Assembly (NCBI RefSeq): GCF_963921235.1
Contig: NC_086097.1
Coordinates: forward strand, 97,404,001-97,468,000
Source: Mobula hypostoma
Taxonomy: Eukaryota
Direction: 5' to 3'
DNA length: 64,000 nucleotides
Shown here: positions 35,455 to 47,849 of the stretch, in pieces
How the letters are laid out: each line of letters starts with the position of its first letter
Position numbering within the stretch: the stretch's first letter is position 1
Program-made: the position numbers and the translations under genes
The notes under the pieces: generated by a model
Database searches by the model: none
Seen by the model: the letters and a program-made list of their open reading frames with translations, nothing else
Told to the model about the DNA's origin: nothing

Positions 35455-38400
35455 TCGATAAGGTGCCGCACATGAGGCTGCTTAACAAGATAAAATTCTG
35501 TGGCATAACAAGAAAGATACTGACATGAATAGAGAAATGGCTGACAGGCAGGAGGCAGTGAGTGGGAATAAAGGGGGCCCACCTTATGAAAACAGGTTGA
35601 GTGAACTTGGCCTTTTCTCCTTGGAGCAACGGAGGATGAGAGGTGACCCGATAGAGGTGTATAAGATGATGAGAGGTGTTGATCTTGTGGATGGTCAGAG
35701 GCTTTTTCCCAGGGCTGAAATGGCTGCCACAAGAGGGCACAGGTTTAAGGTGCTGGGGAGTAGGTACAGAGGAGACATCAGGGGTAAGTTTTTTACTCAG
35801 AGAGTGGTGAGTGTGTGGAATGGGCTGCCAACAATGGTGGTGGAGGCGGATACGATAGACTTTTGGATAGCTACATGGAGCTTAGAAAAATAGAGGGCTA
35901 TGGGTAAGCCTAGTAATTTCTAAGGTAGGGACATGTTCAGCACAACTTTGAGGGCTGAAGGGCCTGTATTGTGCTGAAGGTCTTCTATGTTCTATGTTCT
36001 ATTCTGGTTGGCTACCAGTGACTGGTGGGGTTCCTCAGGAGTTGGTATTGGGACTGCTACTTTTCAATTTGTTTGTCAATGATTTCGATAATGGAATTGA
36101 TGGCTTTGTGGCAAAATTTGTGGATGATACAAAGGTAGGTGGAGGGGTAGGTAGTGCTGAGAAAGCAATGTGATTGCAGTAGGACTTAGACAGATTGGAA
36201 GAATGGCAAAAAAGTGGCAGATGGAATAGAGTGTGTTGGGAAATGTATGACAGTGCATTTGGTAAAGGGATCAATATTGCGGACTATTATCGACATGGGT
36301 AGAGAGTTCAAAGGGACTTAGAGGTGCAGAGGGACTTAGGAGTCCTCATGCAAGACTCCAAGAAGGTTAATTTACAGGTTGAGTCTGTGGTAAAGAAGGT
36401 AAATACAATGTTGGCATTTATTTCAAGGGGAATAGAATATAAAAACAAGGAGATAATGCTGAGACTTTATAAGCCACTAGTCGGGGCACACTTGGAGTAT
36501 ATTATAAACAGTTTTGGGTCCCATATCTTAAAAAAAGGATATGTTGTCATTGGAGAGAGTCGAGAGAAGGCTCACAAGGTTGATTCCAGGAATGAAGGGG
36601 TTAACATACTCCTGTACTCACTGGAATTTAGAATTTTTTTTTAAATGCGGGGGGATCTCATTGAAACCTAACAAATGTTGAAAGAACTAGATAAGAGGAT
36701 GTGAAGAGGATGTTTCCTATGGTGGGAGCATCCAGAACTGGAGGGCACAGCCTCAAAATTGAGGGGTGACCTTTTAGAACAGAGGAAAGGAGGAATATTT
36801 TTAGCCAGAGTGTGGTGAATCAGTGGAATGCTCTGCCACAAACTGCGGAGGAGGCCAAGTCCGTGGGTATATCTAAGGCAGAAGCCGATGGTATCCTGAT
36901 CGGTCAGGGCATAAAAGGAAGTGCTTATGGAGTATAAGAAATGCAAGAGAACACTTAAGAAAGAAATCAGAGGGCTAAAAGAGGGCATGAGGTTGCTGTA
37001 GCGGACAAGGTGAAGGAGAATTGTAAGGAATGTTGAGAGCAAAAGGATTGCAAGGGACAAAATTGATCCTCTGAATGGTCAGAAGAACGATCCATGTGTG
37101 GAGCCAAAAGAGATGGGGGGAGATCTTAAATAATCTATATTAACTCAGGAGATGGGCACAAAGTCTATAGAAGTGAGGCAAAGTGACGTTAGCTTCATAG
37201 ACACTTTACAGATTGCAGAGGCTGAGTTCCTTCCTACTCTGAAGCACATTAGGGTAGATAAATCCCCAGGGCCTGACAAGGTGTTCCCTCCAACCCTACG
37301 AGAGGCTAGTGCAGAAATTGGTGCCCTTGCAGAAATATTTAAATCATTCTTAGTGACAGGTGATGTACCAGAGGATTGGAGGATAGCCAGTGTTGTTCTG
37401 TTGTTCAAGAAAGGCTGTCAGCATAATCCAGGATATTATAAACTGGTGAATCTGACGTCAGTAGTGCGAAAGTTATTGGAAGGTACTCTGAGGGATTTGA
37501 TATATGAATATTTGGATAGATATTGACTGATGGAGGATAGCCAACATGGCTTTGTGTGTGGTATGTCTAACCAAATGTATATAGTTCTTTGAGTAAGCCA
37601 CCAGGAAAGTTGATGAAGGCAAAGCAGAAGTTGTTTACATGGACTTTAGTAAGTCATTTGTCAAGATCCCACATGAGAGGTTGGTCAAGAAGGTTCAGTC
37701 ACTCGGCATTCAAGATGAGGTAGGAAATTGGATTGGACATTGGGTTTGTGTGAGAAGCCAGAGAGTGGTAGTAGATGGTTGCCTCTCTGACTGTAGGCCT
37801 CTGACCAGTGAGGTGCTGCAGGGATCAGTCCATTGTTGTTTGTCATCTATATCTGGATGATAATGTGTTCAGCTGGATCAGCAAATTTGCAAATGACACA
37901 AAGATTGGGGGTGTAGTGGACAACGAGGAAGCCTATCGTGGAATCTGGACCAGCTGGAAAAATGGGCTGAAAAATGGCAGATGGAATTTAATGCAGACAA
38001 GTGTGAGGTGCTGCACTTCAGTGGGACCAACCAGGGTAGATCTTACACAGTGAACGATAGGGCACTGAGGAGTTTGGTAGAACAAAGGCTTCTGGAAATA
38101 CAGGTTCGTAATTCATTGAAGGTGGTGTCACAGTTAGATAGGTCGTAAAGAAAGCATTTGGCATATTGGCCAAAAGCTGAGTACAGGAGATGGGATGTTA
38201 TGTTGAAGTATAAGACATCGGTGAAGCCAATTTGGAGTATTGTGTGCAGTTTTGATCACATACCTACAGGAAAGATGTAAATAAGGCTGAAAGAGTACAG
38301 GGAAAACTTACAAGGGTGTTGCTGGGACTGGAGGACCTGAGTTATAAGGAAAGATATAATAGGTTAGGACTTTATTCCTTGGAACATAGAGGTGATTTGA

Positions 38401-38705
38401 TAGAGGTGTACAAAATTGGGGTCATGGCTTAAGGGTGAAAGGTGAGAAGTTTAAGGGAAACATGAGGGAAACCTCTTACCTCAGAGGGTCATGAGATTGT
38501 GGAATGAGCTGCCAGCACAAGTGGTGCATGCGAGCTCGATTTCAATGCTTAAGAAAAAGTTTGGATTTGTACATGGATGGCAGGGGTATGGAGGGCTATG
38601 GTCTTGGTGCAGGTCCGTGGGAGTAGGCAGTTCAAATAGTTCAGAACAGAGCAGATGAGTCAAAGGGTTTGTTTCTGCTCTGTACATTTCAATGACTCTA
38701 TAACT
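35455..38705 (+). mobile_element. Cluster of nested or abutting CR1 fragments
   Basis: Repeated CR1 motifs (KSPGPD, WRIASVVLLFKKG, DFSKSF, RGDPIEVYK); a CR1 3' end with a (TTCTATG)n tail is inserted at about 35579-36000. Confidence 0.8.
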
Positions 38706-38797
38706 CTAATAGCAGGTTTCTGATCTGACCATTTCCTTTTTAAATGAAAATGCGACACTTCCCAAGATTCAGGAAGTGCAAAGCTTTATGAGCATGC

Positions 38798-38984
38798 TGT
38801 TATGTTTTGTGACTTCAAAACCTTAAACTAATTCAAAGGAGGACACAAGAATCCAAAAGGTGAGTCTAACTTCGTGTTTAAGCAAGGCGCGCATATCATG
38901 TGGTAACGTGATGACGTGTGCAATTCCCACATCAATATATTTACAATATTACTCAAATACTACTGAAATATTAAATACACAACA
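38798..38984. repeat. Short solo-LTR-like element
   Basis: TGTT...AACA termini; its end is the reverse complement of sequence starting at about 62939, so it is a repeat family. Confidence 0.5.
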
Positions 38985-40589
38985 TGTCGTCAGGAATCAA
39001 GAGGCTGGGCAGGCTAGGACTTGATTTCTTGGAGTGTAGGAGACTTGAGGGAGAGATTTTATCGAGGTGGATAAGATCATAGGGGGAACAGAGAGGATAA
39101 ATGCACACAATCTTTTCCCCAAAAAGACTGGAGGTCTTAGGTTTAAGATGAGGGGAGAAAGGTTCAAAGGGGACCTGAGGGACAACCTCTTCACGTAGAG
39201 AGTGGTGTGTGTATGGAACAAACTGCCAGAAGACACTTCTAGAGATACAGGGAATACTACTGGACAGTGACATGGATAGGAAAAGTTTAGAACAATATGG
39301 ATCAATTAGGTGTGCAACTTGACCAGCATGGACAGGTTGGGCTGCAGGGCCTATTTCCATTCTACATTTCCCTGTGACCCTATGACTCCAGAGTCACCTG
39401 CAGACTAATGGTCACTGTGCCTAATCTCTAGGCTATGCCCGGTACGTGCCATTGGTAAGCCCAAGGTGGCATACAAGAGGACATCTGCTCATCCCAGAGG
39501 TGAGGGAGATTTAATTATAAACACATCTTTTTGACTGGTCCATTCTCTGCCTCCCTAAAAGATTTATTTACTTACTTACTACTTATGACATGAAGGAGGC
39601 TATTTAGCACTTCAGATCCGACGGTTCACTGCAGAGCAATCTCCTAAGTGCCAATCCTCTGCACCCCTGCAACTCATTCTCCCTCACTCTCCTTCCATTC
39701 TTCTGCCACTTACCCAGGGACAATTTACAGAGGCCCTTTTAAACCAACAACCTGCTCAAATTTGGGACCTGAGAGGAAAGCAGATCAGCCACATAGTCAC
39801 AGAGTGGAGCACACAAACTCTATACAGACCACACCTGAAATCAGCACTGAAGCTTGAGTTTCAAAGTAGCAATACTAATTGTACCACATTTAAAAGCAAC
39901 TTCCTTATTTTTTGTAAATATTGTTTAGGAAGGTTGTGAGAACAACCGTTGTTCCTCATTTTTTTGAAGTGTCATGAGGTCTTTTACAACCATGTTACAG
40001 GCAAACAGCCATGATTACTTGTAACTCGGTAAATGGACACATCCCAGTTCCGGGGAATGGCACTGGTATTAACTCCCCTTCTGTAACATCACTTAAATCT
40101 TGCTTCTGCTGCAGTGTTCAAGCTCTACTGCAGTAATATCTCATCTAACAAGACCCCAGCAGCTGCAACTAGGCAGTCTACTATCGTGATATATTCTCTC
40201 TCAACTTCTCAGCTTCTCTTTTTTTGTTAGCCGCTTATCCACAACAAGAGGCAGTGGTCGATGAACATGGGCTTTTTTAGGGAGGAAACCAGAGCATCTG
40301 GAGGAAATCCACACAGTCACAGAGGGAAGATGGGAACTCCAAACAGAATTGAAGCAGCAGCACTGTGCTATCTCTTTGTGTACAGTCAGTGAAGTGTTGG
40401 CTTGACGTCAGAACAATCTTTATTGAAGAGGGGAGATTGAACATAGTGACAGTGACACACTACCATGAGAAGTAAAGCAAGGACTGAATCCACCATGTGA
40501 AATCTGGGTTAAGTAATAAGCAAAAAATACTTTGCACCAGTATATCCTTATAGTTATGCATATCTTACGTGTGCAAACGAAACATGTTA

Positions 40590-41140
40590 TTTATTTAGAG
40601 ATAGAGCGTGGGACAGGCCCACCCAGCCCAAAGAGCCGCCATGCCCAGCAACCCATCTATTTGGTCCTAGCCTAAACACAGGACAATTTACGATGATCAA
40701 TTAACCTGCTAATCGGCACGCCTTTGGACCGTGGGAAGAAACCCGCACACTCGGAGGAAACCCGCACACTCGGAGGAAACCCGCACACCCAGAGGAAACC
40801 CGCACACTCGGAGGAAACCCGCACACTCGGAGGAAACCCGCACACCCAGAGGAAACCCGCACACTCGGAGGAAACCCGCACACCCGGAGGAAACCTGCAC
40901 ACCCAGAGGAAACCCGCACACTCGGAGGAAACCCGCACACTCGGAGGAAACCCGCACACCCGGAGGAAACCTGCACACCCGGAGGAAACCCGCACACTCG
41001 GAGGAAACCCACACACTCGGAGGAAACCCGCACACCCAGAGGAAACCCGCACACTCGGAGGAAACCCGCACACTCGTGGAAAGAACGTGCAAACTGCTTA
41101 CAGGTGCTGCAGGAACTCCAAGCTGTAATAGCATTATGCC
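40590..41140 (-). mobile_element. V-SINE/HE1-like SINE containing an internal minisatellite
   Basis: SINE flanks match the other copies (CACAGGACAATTTAC; AACGTGCAAACT). Confidence 0.75.
40736..41075. repeat. 19-bp minisatellite, 18 copies
   Basis: Unit GGAGGAAACCCGCACACTC with variants. Confidence 0.95.
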
Positions 41141-43489
41141 GCTGTGGTACCTCGTTTATCCTCAATGTTAACGTGCCGTGCTGCAAAAGGTTAATTTCCA
41201 AGGCATTTATACCCTGCGTCCATATGCTACGCCAACAACAAACTTGAACTTGAACAGTGAATCACAGAGGGAGCACCCTACAGAACACCTGTGCAAATAT
41301 CGAAAAGCAGTGGCAGCAGTATTGAAAGCAACGCCATCAAATTTTTCTACAGCATTAAACTTCAAAGATTACTTCTGTCTCTTTTAATTGACCTCTCTGC
41401 CAGTTTCTCATTGCAGCTCTATATTAGGTGAGAAATTCTGCCCTTGACTGGTGTGACTCTGGTGGTAATTGGCATTGGAGCAGAGAAAATACTCTATATA
41501 CAGTAGACCTTGAGCACGGTGAGACCCAGCTGCCACAACCCCCTGCAACAGGCTGGCATCTGCTGTCCAGGAATAAACCCTAAAAGGCTGGGGGATCTTC
41601 ACAACAAAGAACGCACATTCCAGGCTGGGAGAAGCCCGAAAGCATCCCTCAAGGTATAAAAATCTTGCTTTGAATGGCAGGTGAAGGAATCTGAAAGGAA
41701 ACACCAGGCAAATGGAGGGATAGATTTATTCTTCATATGAGCAGCACAGAGGAACGAGAGGAACTCAGAGGGCCAGGTGGCATTGGTTGGGGGTGGGGGA
41801 CGGGAAGGAATTGTGGACAATTAGGGTCAAAACTCTGTATCGTCGCTGAGAGTGGAGAGGAGAGGAAGCCAGTATGAAGAAGAGAGGGGAAGTGGTGAGG
41901 TATGGGTTAGTAAGTGGACCGAGGAGGGGTGAGGAATGACAGGCCGGGAGCAGTAGTGGCATTGGGAAACGGGACGGTGGGTAATAGATGCAGGTGGACA
42001 AAAATACAATGGCAGGTTGAGTTGGGTGAGGGGGAGGGGAGGCTGAGGCTGAAGCTGGAGCCGGTTGAGAGATTTATTGTCCCTATGCTGAATTTTTCAA
42101 CCTTGCTTTGCATTTAGTTCCCGATGGTGCGGCAGACTAGGTGGGCTGACAAGATAGGGAAGCCATCTCTGTAACTTGTTTTTGGGAATGTGGAATGAAA
42201 TCAAACCTGTAAATGTTCCATGCATTCAGCACATGAAAGTCCCTCAAACCTCCGACTGTGCAGATTATAAAAAAAGGTGCTGACCGAGCTAGCAAACAAC
42301 TTCCACGTCAATCACACATGACCAGATGACCAGTCAGAGGTCAGACTCGCTTACCACGAGAGATGATGCGACCTTTAAATATTCTGTGGCTTCTAAGACC
42401 CCGCAGGAAATGCGAGCATGTACTATTGAAATATTTTTTCCTGCACTTGGCTCAACACTTCCAGCAGAGAGTAACAGGTACATTTACTACCTGTGATTTT
42501 AAACTAGTAGTCTGTTACTCGAAGTGAAGACCCAGTACAATGAACAAACTGAATGATACAAATACTGAAAATGCCAATTAAGATATGAAGATCAATCTAT
42601 TTGAAGAAGTGCATTAGACACCCAGATCCCTTCACATGTCACTACTTTTCAATAGTTTGTCATACTCTGCCTTCCTGTTTTATTCTACTAAAGTCAACAT
42701 TTTTACATTCCATTCCACCTGCCACACTTTATCCCATTCACATCATGTACTTAGCACTGCACTTTGCCGCAAAACAACACAGTCGGTGAAATTTGCCCGT
42801 GACAATAATTCTGATTCTGATTCTTTCTGCATCCTCCAGGCCAGGGGTTCCCAACACTCATCATTAACCAAAAGGTCCACAGACCCCAGGTTGGTTCCCC
42901 TGCTCTACGCCTGTAGGGTATAGGCAGGGTAAAACTGTAACAAGGGAATAGACCACACTTAGTTTGTCTATATTTCTGTTTCACGCAAGGTATTTCAGGG
43001 GGAAAACGGGAAAGGGAACTAAAGCCAGAGTTTCTTGTGTGAAAGAGGAAGTTGAAAAGCTGATGAGGGAACCTAAGAAGCATGCCAGGTGAGCAGGTCC
43101 ACTGAGATAGATGGGTCAAAACATCTGCCCAGAATAAGGGGCTGACTGGAGACCAGACTCTGCTGAGGCTTTCACAGATATGTATATGTGGACGTACCTG
43201 GAACAGAAAGCACACTTATCCTTCTGATCATTCCATCAGTTTTCCCTCAATAGTGTGACTCCCTCTTCCCTTCATTACCTCCCTCAGGCTAGTGTCATTC
43301 GCCGACTGAACCCCACAAGGACTGTCTTCCACTGATTCCATCTTCCCCACTGACCCCTGTCTCCCTCACTGACCACCAATCCACAAGGCGTAAACACCAG
43401 GAATTCTGCAGATGCTGGAAATTCAAGCAACACACATCAAAGTTGCTGGTGAACGCAGCAGGCCAGGCAGCATCTCTAGGAAGAGGTAC

Positions 43490-43525
43490 AGTCGACGTTT
43501 CGGGCCAAGACCCTTCGTCAGGACT
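43490..43525 (-). ncRNA. Minimal type-I hammerhead ribozyme motif (Penelope pLTR)
   Basis: AGTC-CTGACGA-A-GGGTCTTGGCCC-GAAAC-GTC-GACT: intact core, stems I and II, palindromic ACGT stem III. Confidence 0.75.
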
Positions 43526-43906
43526 GGCAGCATCTCTAGGAAGAGGTACAGTCGACGAAGGGTCTCACCTACCTGATGGCATGAACATCGACTTCTCTAA
43601 CTTCCACTAATGCCCCACCTCCCCCTCGTACCCCATCCGTTATTTATATACACACATTCTTTCTCTCTCTCTTCTTTTTCTCCCTCTGTCCCTCTGACTA
43701 TACCCCTTGCTCATCCTCTGGGTTTTTCCCCCCCTCCCCCTTTTCCTTCTCCCTGGGCCTCCTGTCCCATGATCCTCTCATATCCCTTTTGCCAATCACC
43801 TGTCCAGCTCTTGGCTCCATCCCTCCCCCTCCTGTCTTCTCCTATCATTTTGGATCTCCCCCTCCCCGTCCAACTTTCAAATCTCTTACTAACTCTTCCT
43901 TCAGTT

Positions 43907-43942
43907 AGTCCTGACGAAGGGTCTCGGCCTGAAACATCGACT
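43907..43942 (+). ncRNA. Minimal hammerhead motif, decayed
   Basis: AGTC-CTGACGA-A-GGGTCTCGGCCT-GAAAC-ATC-GACT; CpG-type changes at the ends of stems II and III. Confidence 0.6.
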
Positions 43943-45008
43943 GTACCTCTTCCTAGAGATGCTGCCTGGCCTGCTGCGTTCACCAGCAACTTTGATGTGT
44001 GTTGCCACCAATCCACAAGACCTGTGTCTCCTACTGACCCTACACCTACAGGATCCCTGTGGTGCTTGAGAGGGAAGAAGAGAGAAAACAAGGGGGGAGG
44101 GGAATGTGCAACCAAAGCTAGAGCTGTAAGATCAGGCTTTAGAAGTTAAACACTAATATTAAAAACAAACTGCTGGAAGAGCTCTGTGGGGCATCAGCAT
44201 CTTTGGAGGTAGAGAGACAGTGCACATTTTGGATTAAAGCCTTGCATCAAGATCTAAGATGTCAGCTATCATTTTCCCTTCACAGATATTTCCTGGCCTG
44301 CTGAGTGTCTTCAGCAGCTTGTTCTTTCTCCAGGTTCCAGCATCTGCAGTCTCGCGTGTCTCTAGAAACAATAAAGTGGACAATTCTGGAAATCAAGCAG
44401 CTTCTGTGGTGGAAGAGAGAAGACAGCGGGTAGATGACCAGTTCTGATACAAACTAGAAAGTCTGGGCTTCTTAACTTCCTGAATTCAGTGTTAGGTTCA
44501 GGAGGCAGTGGGTGGTGGAAGAGAGAAGACAGACCTTTCAACAGATCTGTCCAGTTCTGGCACAAACAGGGAAGACTGGGCTTCTGGGATTCCTGAATTC
44601 AGTCTTGAGTTCTGGGGGCGAGGCATAGATGGATACCGGTGGATAGATGAAGTCCCACCTCTTGAACTATCCTTTCACTTTCTTGAGAGTGAAAGAGGCC
44701 AAAGAGAGAGAACAATAGAAAAAGAGAACTATACCACCCCTCTCACTTTTCTGCAACTTGAAATATGTACCTTGTAACTTTTATCCAATCATATTAAATG
44801 CTCATCGACATGAAGCGTTTACTGTTTTGCTTTACGTGAGCTACCTGAATCTGTTGAGTATCTCCAGCACTTTCTGCAGCTTCTTACGTTTTTCCAAGAA
44901 TAAATACGTGGAGAAGGTGGCATTTCTTACAGAGAAACAGTGCAATCCAATATACACACTGTAAGAGGACGGATTACAGTTAACCATGTACAACAGCTAA
45001 ACACTCAC

Positions 45009-45257
45009 TGGGGGTCTTTTCCACTCCAGCTTGAAAGGCAAAAACTGGCTGTAAAATAGAGAGGATTCATCTGCAGGGAATTCCGGATCTTCAAAGAGGA
45101 CACCCTTCCTCAGGCACTCCTTCTTCAGGAACTGAAAGACCTCACTCTTGGCTTTGATGACATCTTTGTTGCGATTGATAATGGGATACAGGCCACCCTT
45201 ATTGGGCAGGGGTAGGCGAGCCGGTGATCGTTGTGCAGAGTTGATATCGTGAGGCAT
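45009..45257 (-). CDS. capn3: Calpain-3 first coding exon, muscle p94 NS type, 83 codons
   Basis: ACC-ATG; RSPARLP...GGLYPIINRN...LFEDPEFPADESSLFYSQFLPFKLEWKRPP resembles human NS exon (SGIYSAIISRN...[27 protein letters not shown], from memory); phase-0 donor GTGAGT. Confidence 0.93.
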
Positions 45258-45626
45258 GGTGACAACAGCAAAGATTTCACAATAGAGGAAAGAAGTTTAT
45301 GAGGAAGAGAAACAGTTACTGACCTCAGATCGGTTTTCATACAATGGAAAAAAAAACACAGACCGGCCAGTCCTGCGGGTTGCAATATTTCAAGTGGTTT
45401 GCCAATACGCAGGTCGAGTTCAAGAAGGCTTCTCCATAATAAATTGTCCCACCACAGCCGGCTTCAAACTAGGACAAAGGTTGGTAAAGAAATTCTGTTC
45501 CACAAGGCACAGGACAGCTGGTTTCCTTTTATCCTGGGCTGCCTTCCACACGATTTTCACTTGAGTAATTAAATTAAAATCACCCGCTTGCTGGTCTTGA
45601 TTCCTATTCCTCTCTTGTGCAATTTC

Positions 45627-45741
45627 CAGCTGTTCTAGTTTCCTTGCAGAAATGAAGTCAGTAATATTGAGCACTAAAAATAAACCCAGGGAGGCTGTGC
45701 CCAGTGACAGCTCTGTTTATTTCTGCTAGGTCCTTATATGG
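45627..45741. promoter_or_regulatory. Candidate muscle promoter module (E-box, MEF2, CArG)
   Basis: CAGCTG 45627-45632, CTAAAAATAA 45674-45683 and CCTTATATGG 45732-45741, all 370-485 bp upstream of the NS ATG. Confidence 0.6.
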
Positions 45742-45910
45742 GGGGGGGGGGGTGGTCACATCAAACGTATCAGATTTATTTCTCCTAATTAAGACTACAA
45801 TGTGATGGCAAATGGCAATGCTAATACACTTTTCTAAACAAGATATTTTTCATATTACCACAAAGAGGGCAAACCTACACATGCACAAATATAATTAGAC
45901 TAGGTGACAA

Positions 45911-46480
45911 GGTTCCTTAAGGCTGTTATAGCCGGGGTGGGGTTGGGAATGGTGATAATAGTTCCCACTACCTATTAAATTCTGCCCAATGAGGTGTGCC
46001 TCAAACAGCCTTTGACAACCAAGTCCAGCTCCTGGCCTTCACGTGTGGCTTAGCTACCAAGCCCGTCGGAACCATCTCGACTGACAGGAGAAGGGGCAAA
46101 GGTGGGTTACTGGCACCTTAAAACCAGTCACTTCAGGCAGGTGGGACTCATCGGCCGTGGTTGGCAGCTCACCCAGGAGAAGGAAAACTCTGATCTCAAA
46201 CCTCTGCTGCCTTGGGGCTGTACCCATCATGGGGAAGGCTTCAAGAGTAAACCCTGAGGGAACAATCCGGAGCTGGAGTCCCTAAGGCAGTCCTACACTG
46301 AGTTCAACACTGACTGGCAGTTCCTGCAATGCTGCTGGTACCAAACTGCATCGGTCTATGTCGTCCCTTTGGGTTCATCGGGGCGCTTGCTACATGGGCA
46401 ACAGCCTGCTCTTCATGTCGTACTGCCCAGGCTTGCGTATTTAGACAGCTGGGATGCAATTCCATGGTCAGCTCTGAGCG
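45911..46480 (+). mobile_element. RTE-derived non-autonomous element, copy 1
   Basis: Homologous to 56385-56984; contains RTE 5'UTR-type motif GGAGAAGGAAAACTCTGA. Confidence 0.7.
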
Positions 46481-47849
46481 ACGGGGGTCTCTTTGGCTCT
46501 GAGGTGACAAAAGTGAGGCAGCATGCACAGCCTTTGGGTGGCACAGTGGTACAGCTGGTAGTGCCCCCTTCCAGCACTAGCAATTGTGACCTCAGGTGCT
46601 GCTTGTGAGGAGCTTGTAAAGAAAAATGGGTTTGTGTTCAGATACGCTACCTTTCAGTTTTCAGCAGACATAGAAGGTAGTTTTCTGGGGCCAGGTGAGG
46701 GCAGAAGCTTACAAATATTGTCAGCCACCTCTAGAGCCTAGATAGGTAGCCCTAATAGTTATCATTGAGGGTTGGGGGCAGTAGTGGACAAGATGAGTTC
46801 TAGCACTTTTTGGGCAAGTCTAAGTCATATAATCATAGGAATGTCTTCACAAAGAGTGTGGTGAATCTTCAGAATTCTCCACCCCAGACACATGTGAAGG
46901 TGAGGTCTTTGGGGGTACTTATGAAGTAGAAACATTTTTATAATATCAGGTAATTAAGTGCTATGGGGAACTGGCACAGAGGTTGAGGCCAGAGGCTGAT
47001 TAGCCATGATTATATTAAATAATGGGGCTGCTTGAGGGGCTGAGAGGCCTACCCCTGCCCCTGTTGCATTCACTTGAAGCTTGTGAGGTCTCAATGGAAG
47101 AGAGAAGAGTTCATCACTGCAATGAAAAGAAACTTCTGCACTTCACTGTATGAAGACAGTGAATCGTTCTCTCAGTGTTCTGGGATACCAGTGAGAAGGC
47201 CCAAGCTTTCGACAATTCCGACACTACTCACATGGGGAATCCATTCAATAGCTGTAATTCAACTTAACTTACAATTTTTTGAAAATATCTAAGTATTCTT
47301 GAATCTTCACTATTTTTAAATATTTTAGTGTTTCATTTTATAATTTATTTTTCATAGTTTTAACAATTCGTGGTTTTGTTAGTGTTTCTGAAAGCACAGA
47401 CTTGGTTAAAAAGCGTTGCTTGTTTGGAACTGTGACTTTTTCAGCACTTGTAGAGTGGTCTTAATCATGCCTCAGCCACACGAGGGAGCCCTACTGCAGT
47501 AAGCTCTGCCTTCCCACAGGTCCTCTCACAGCCAATGGACCCAATTCCAGACTGGAGAACCATGGAGGAAAATTCTGAAATGTCTATGGAGGTCTGCAGC
47601 GAGCACAGACAACCAATGAAAATGGGTTGGTAACCTGTTCCTCAGGCACAGCCTGGTCAGTACGCCGAGACCGTAGATGCTAGAATCTGAAGCAGCAATC
47701 TGCTGAAGGAACTCGGCGTGGCAAGCAGCATCTGTGGGGTAAAAGGGATTGTCCAATTTCTGGTCAAAATCCTGCATCATGACTAAGAGCAGTATAAAGA
47801 GGAGAAAGGGAGTGATGAGAAAGGAGTCTGTGGTGCTTTGTAAGTGAGT

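Larger units (their letters stand above)
43388..44004. mobile_element. Penelope-like element pLTR insertion with an inverted 5' copy
   Basis: GIY-YIG C-terminal relic PDGMNIDFSNF; inverted repeat about 43424-43525 vs 43907-44005; 15-bp TSD CCACCAATCCACAAG (43373-43387, 44005-44019). Confidence 0.85.

Noticed and set aside
40736..41075. CRISPR-like array or repetitive protein ORFs
   Set aside because: Head-to-tail units with no unique spacers, no cas genes, eukaryotic context; the ORFs arise only because the unit lacks stops
43610..44149. 179-aa Pro/Ser-rich ORF (and similar ORFs at 61692-62211 and 58280-58623)
   Set aside because: Translation of pyrimidine-rich Penelope pLTR sequence, repeated in several copies
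46005..46110. Canonical twister ribozyme in the RTE-derived element
   Set aside because: AAGCCC and GAAGGG resemble twister motifs, but the UAA cleavage loop and the CCGG-UCCC P4/T1 strand are absent
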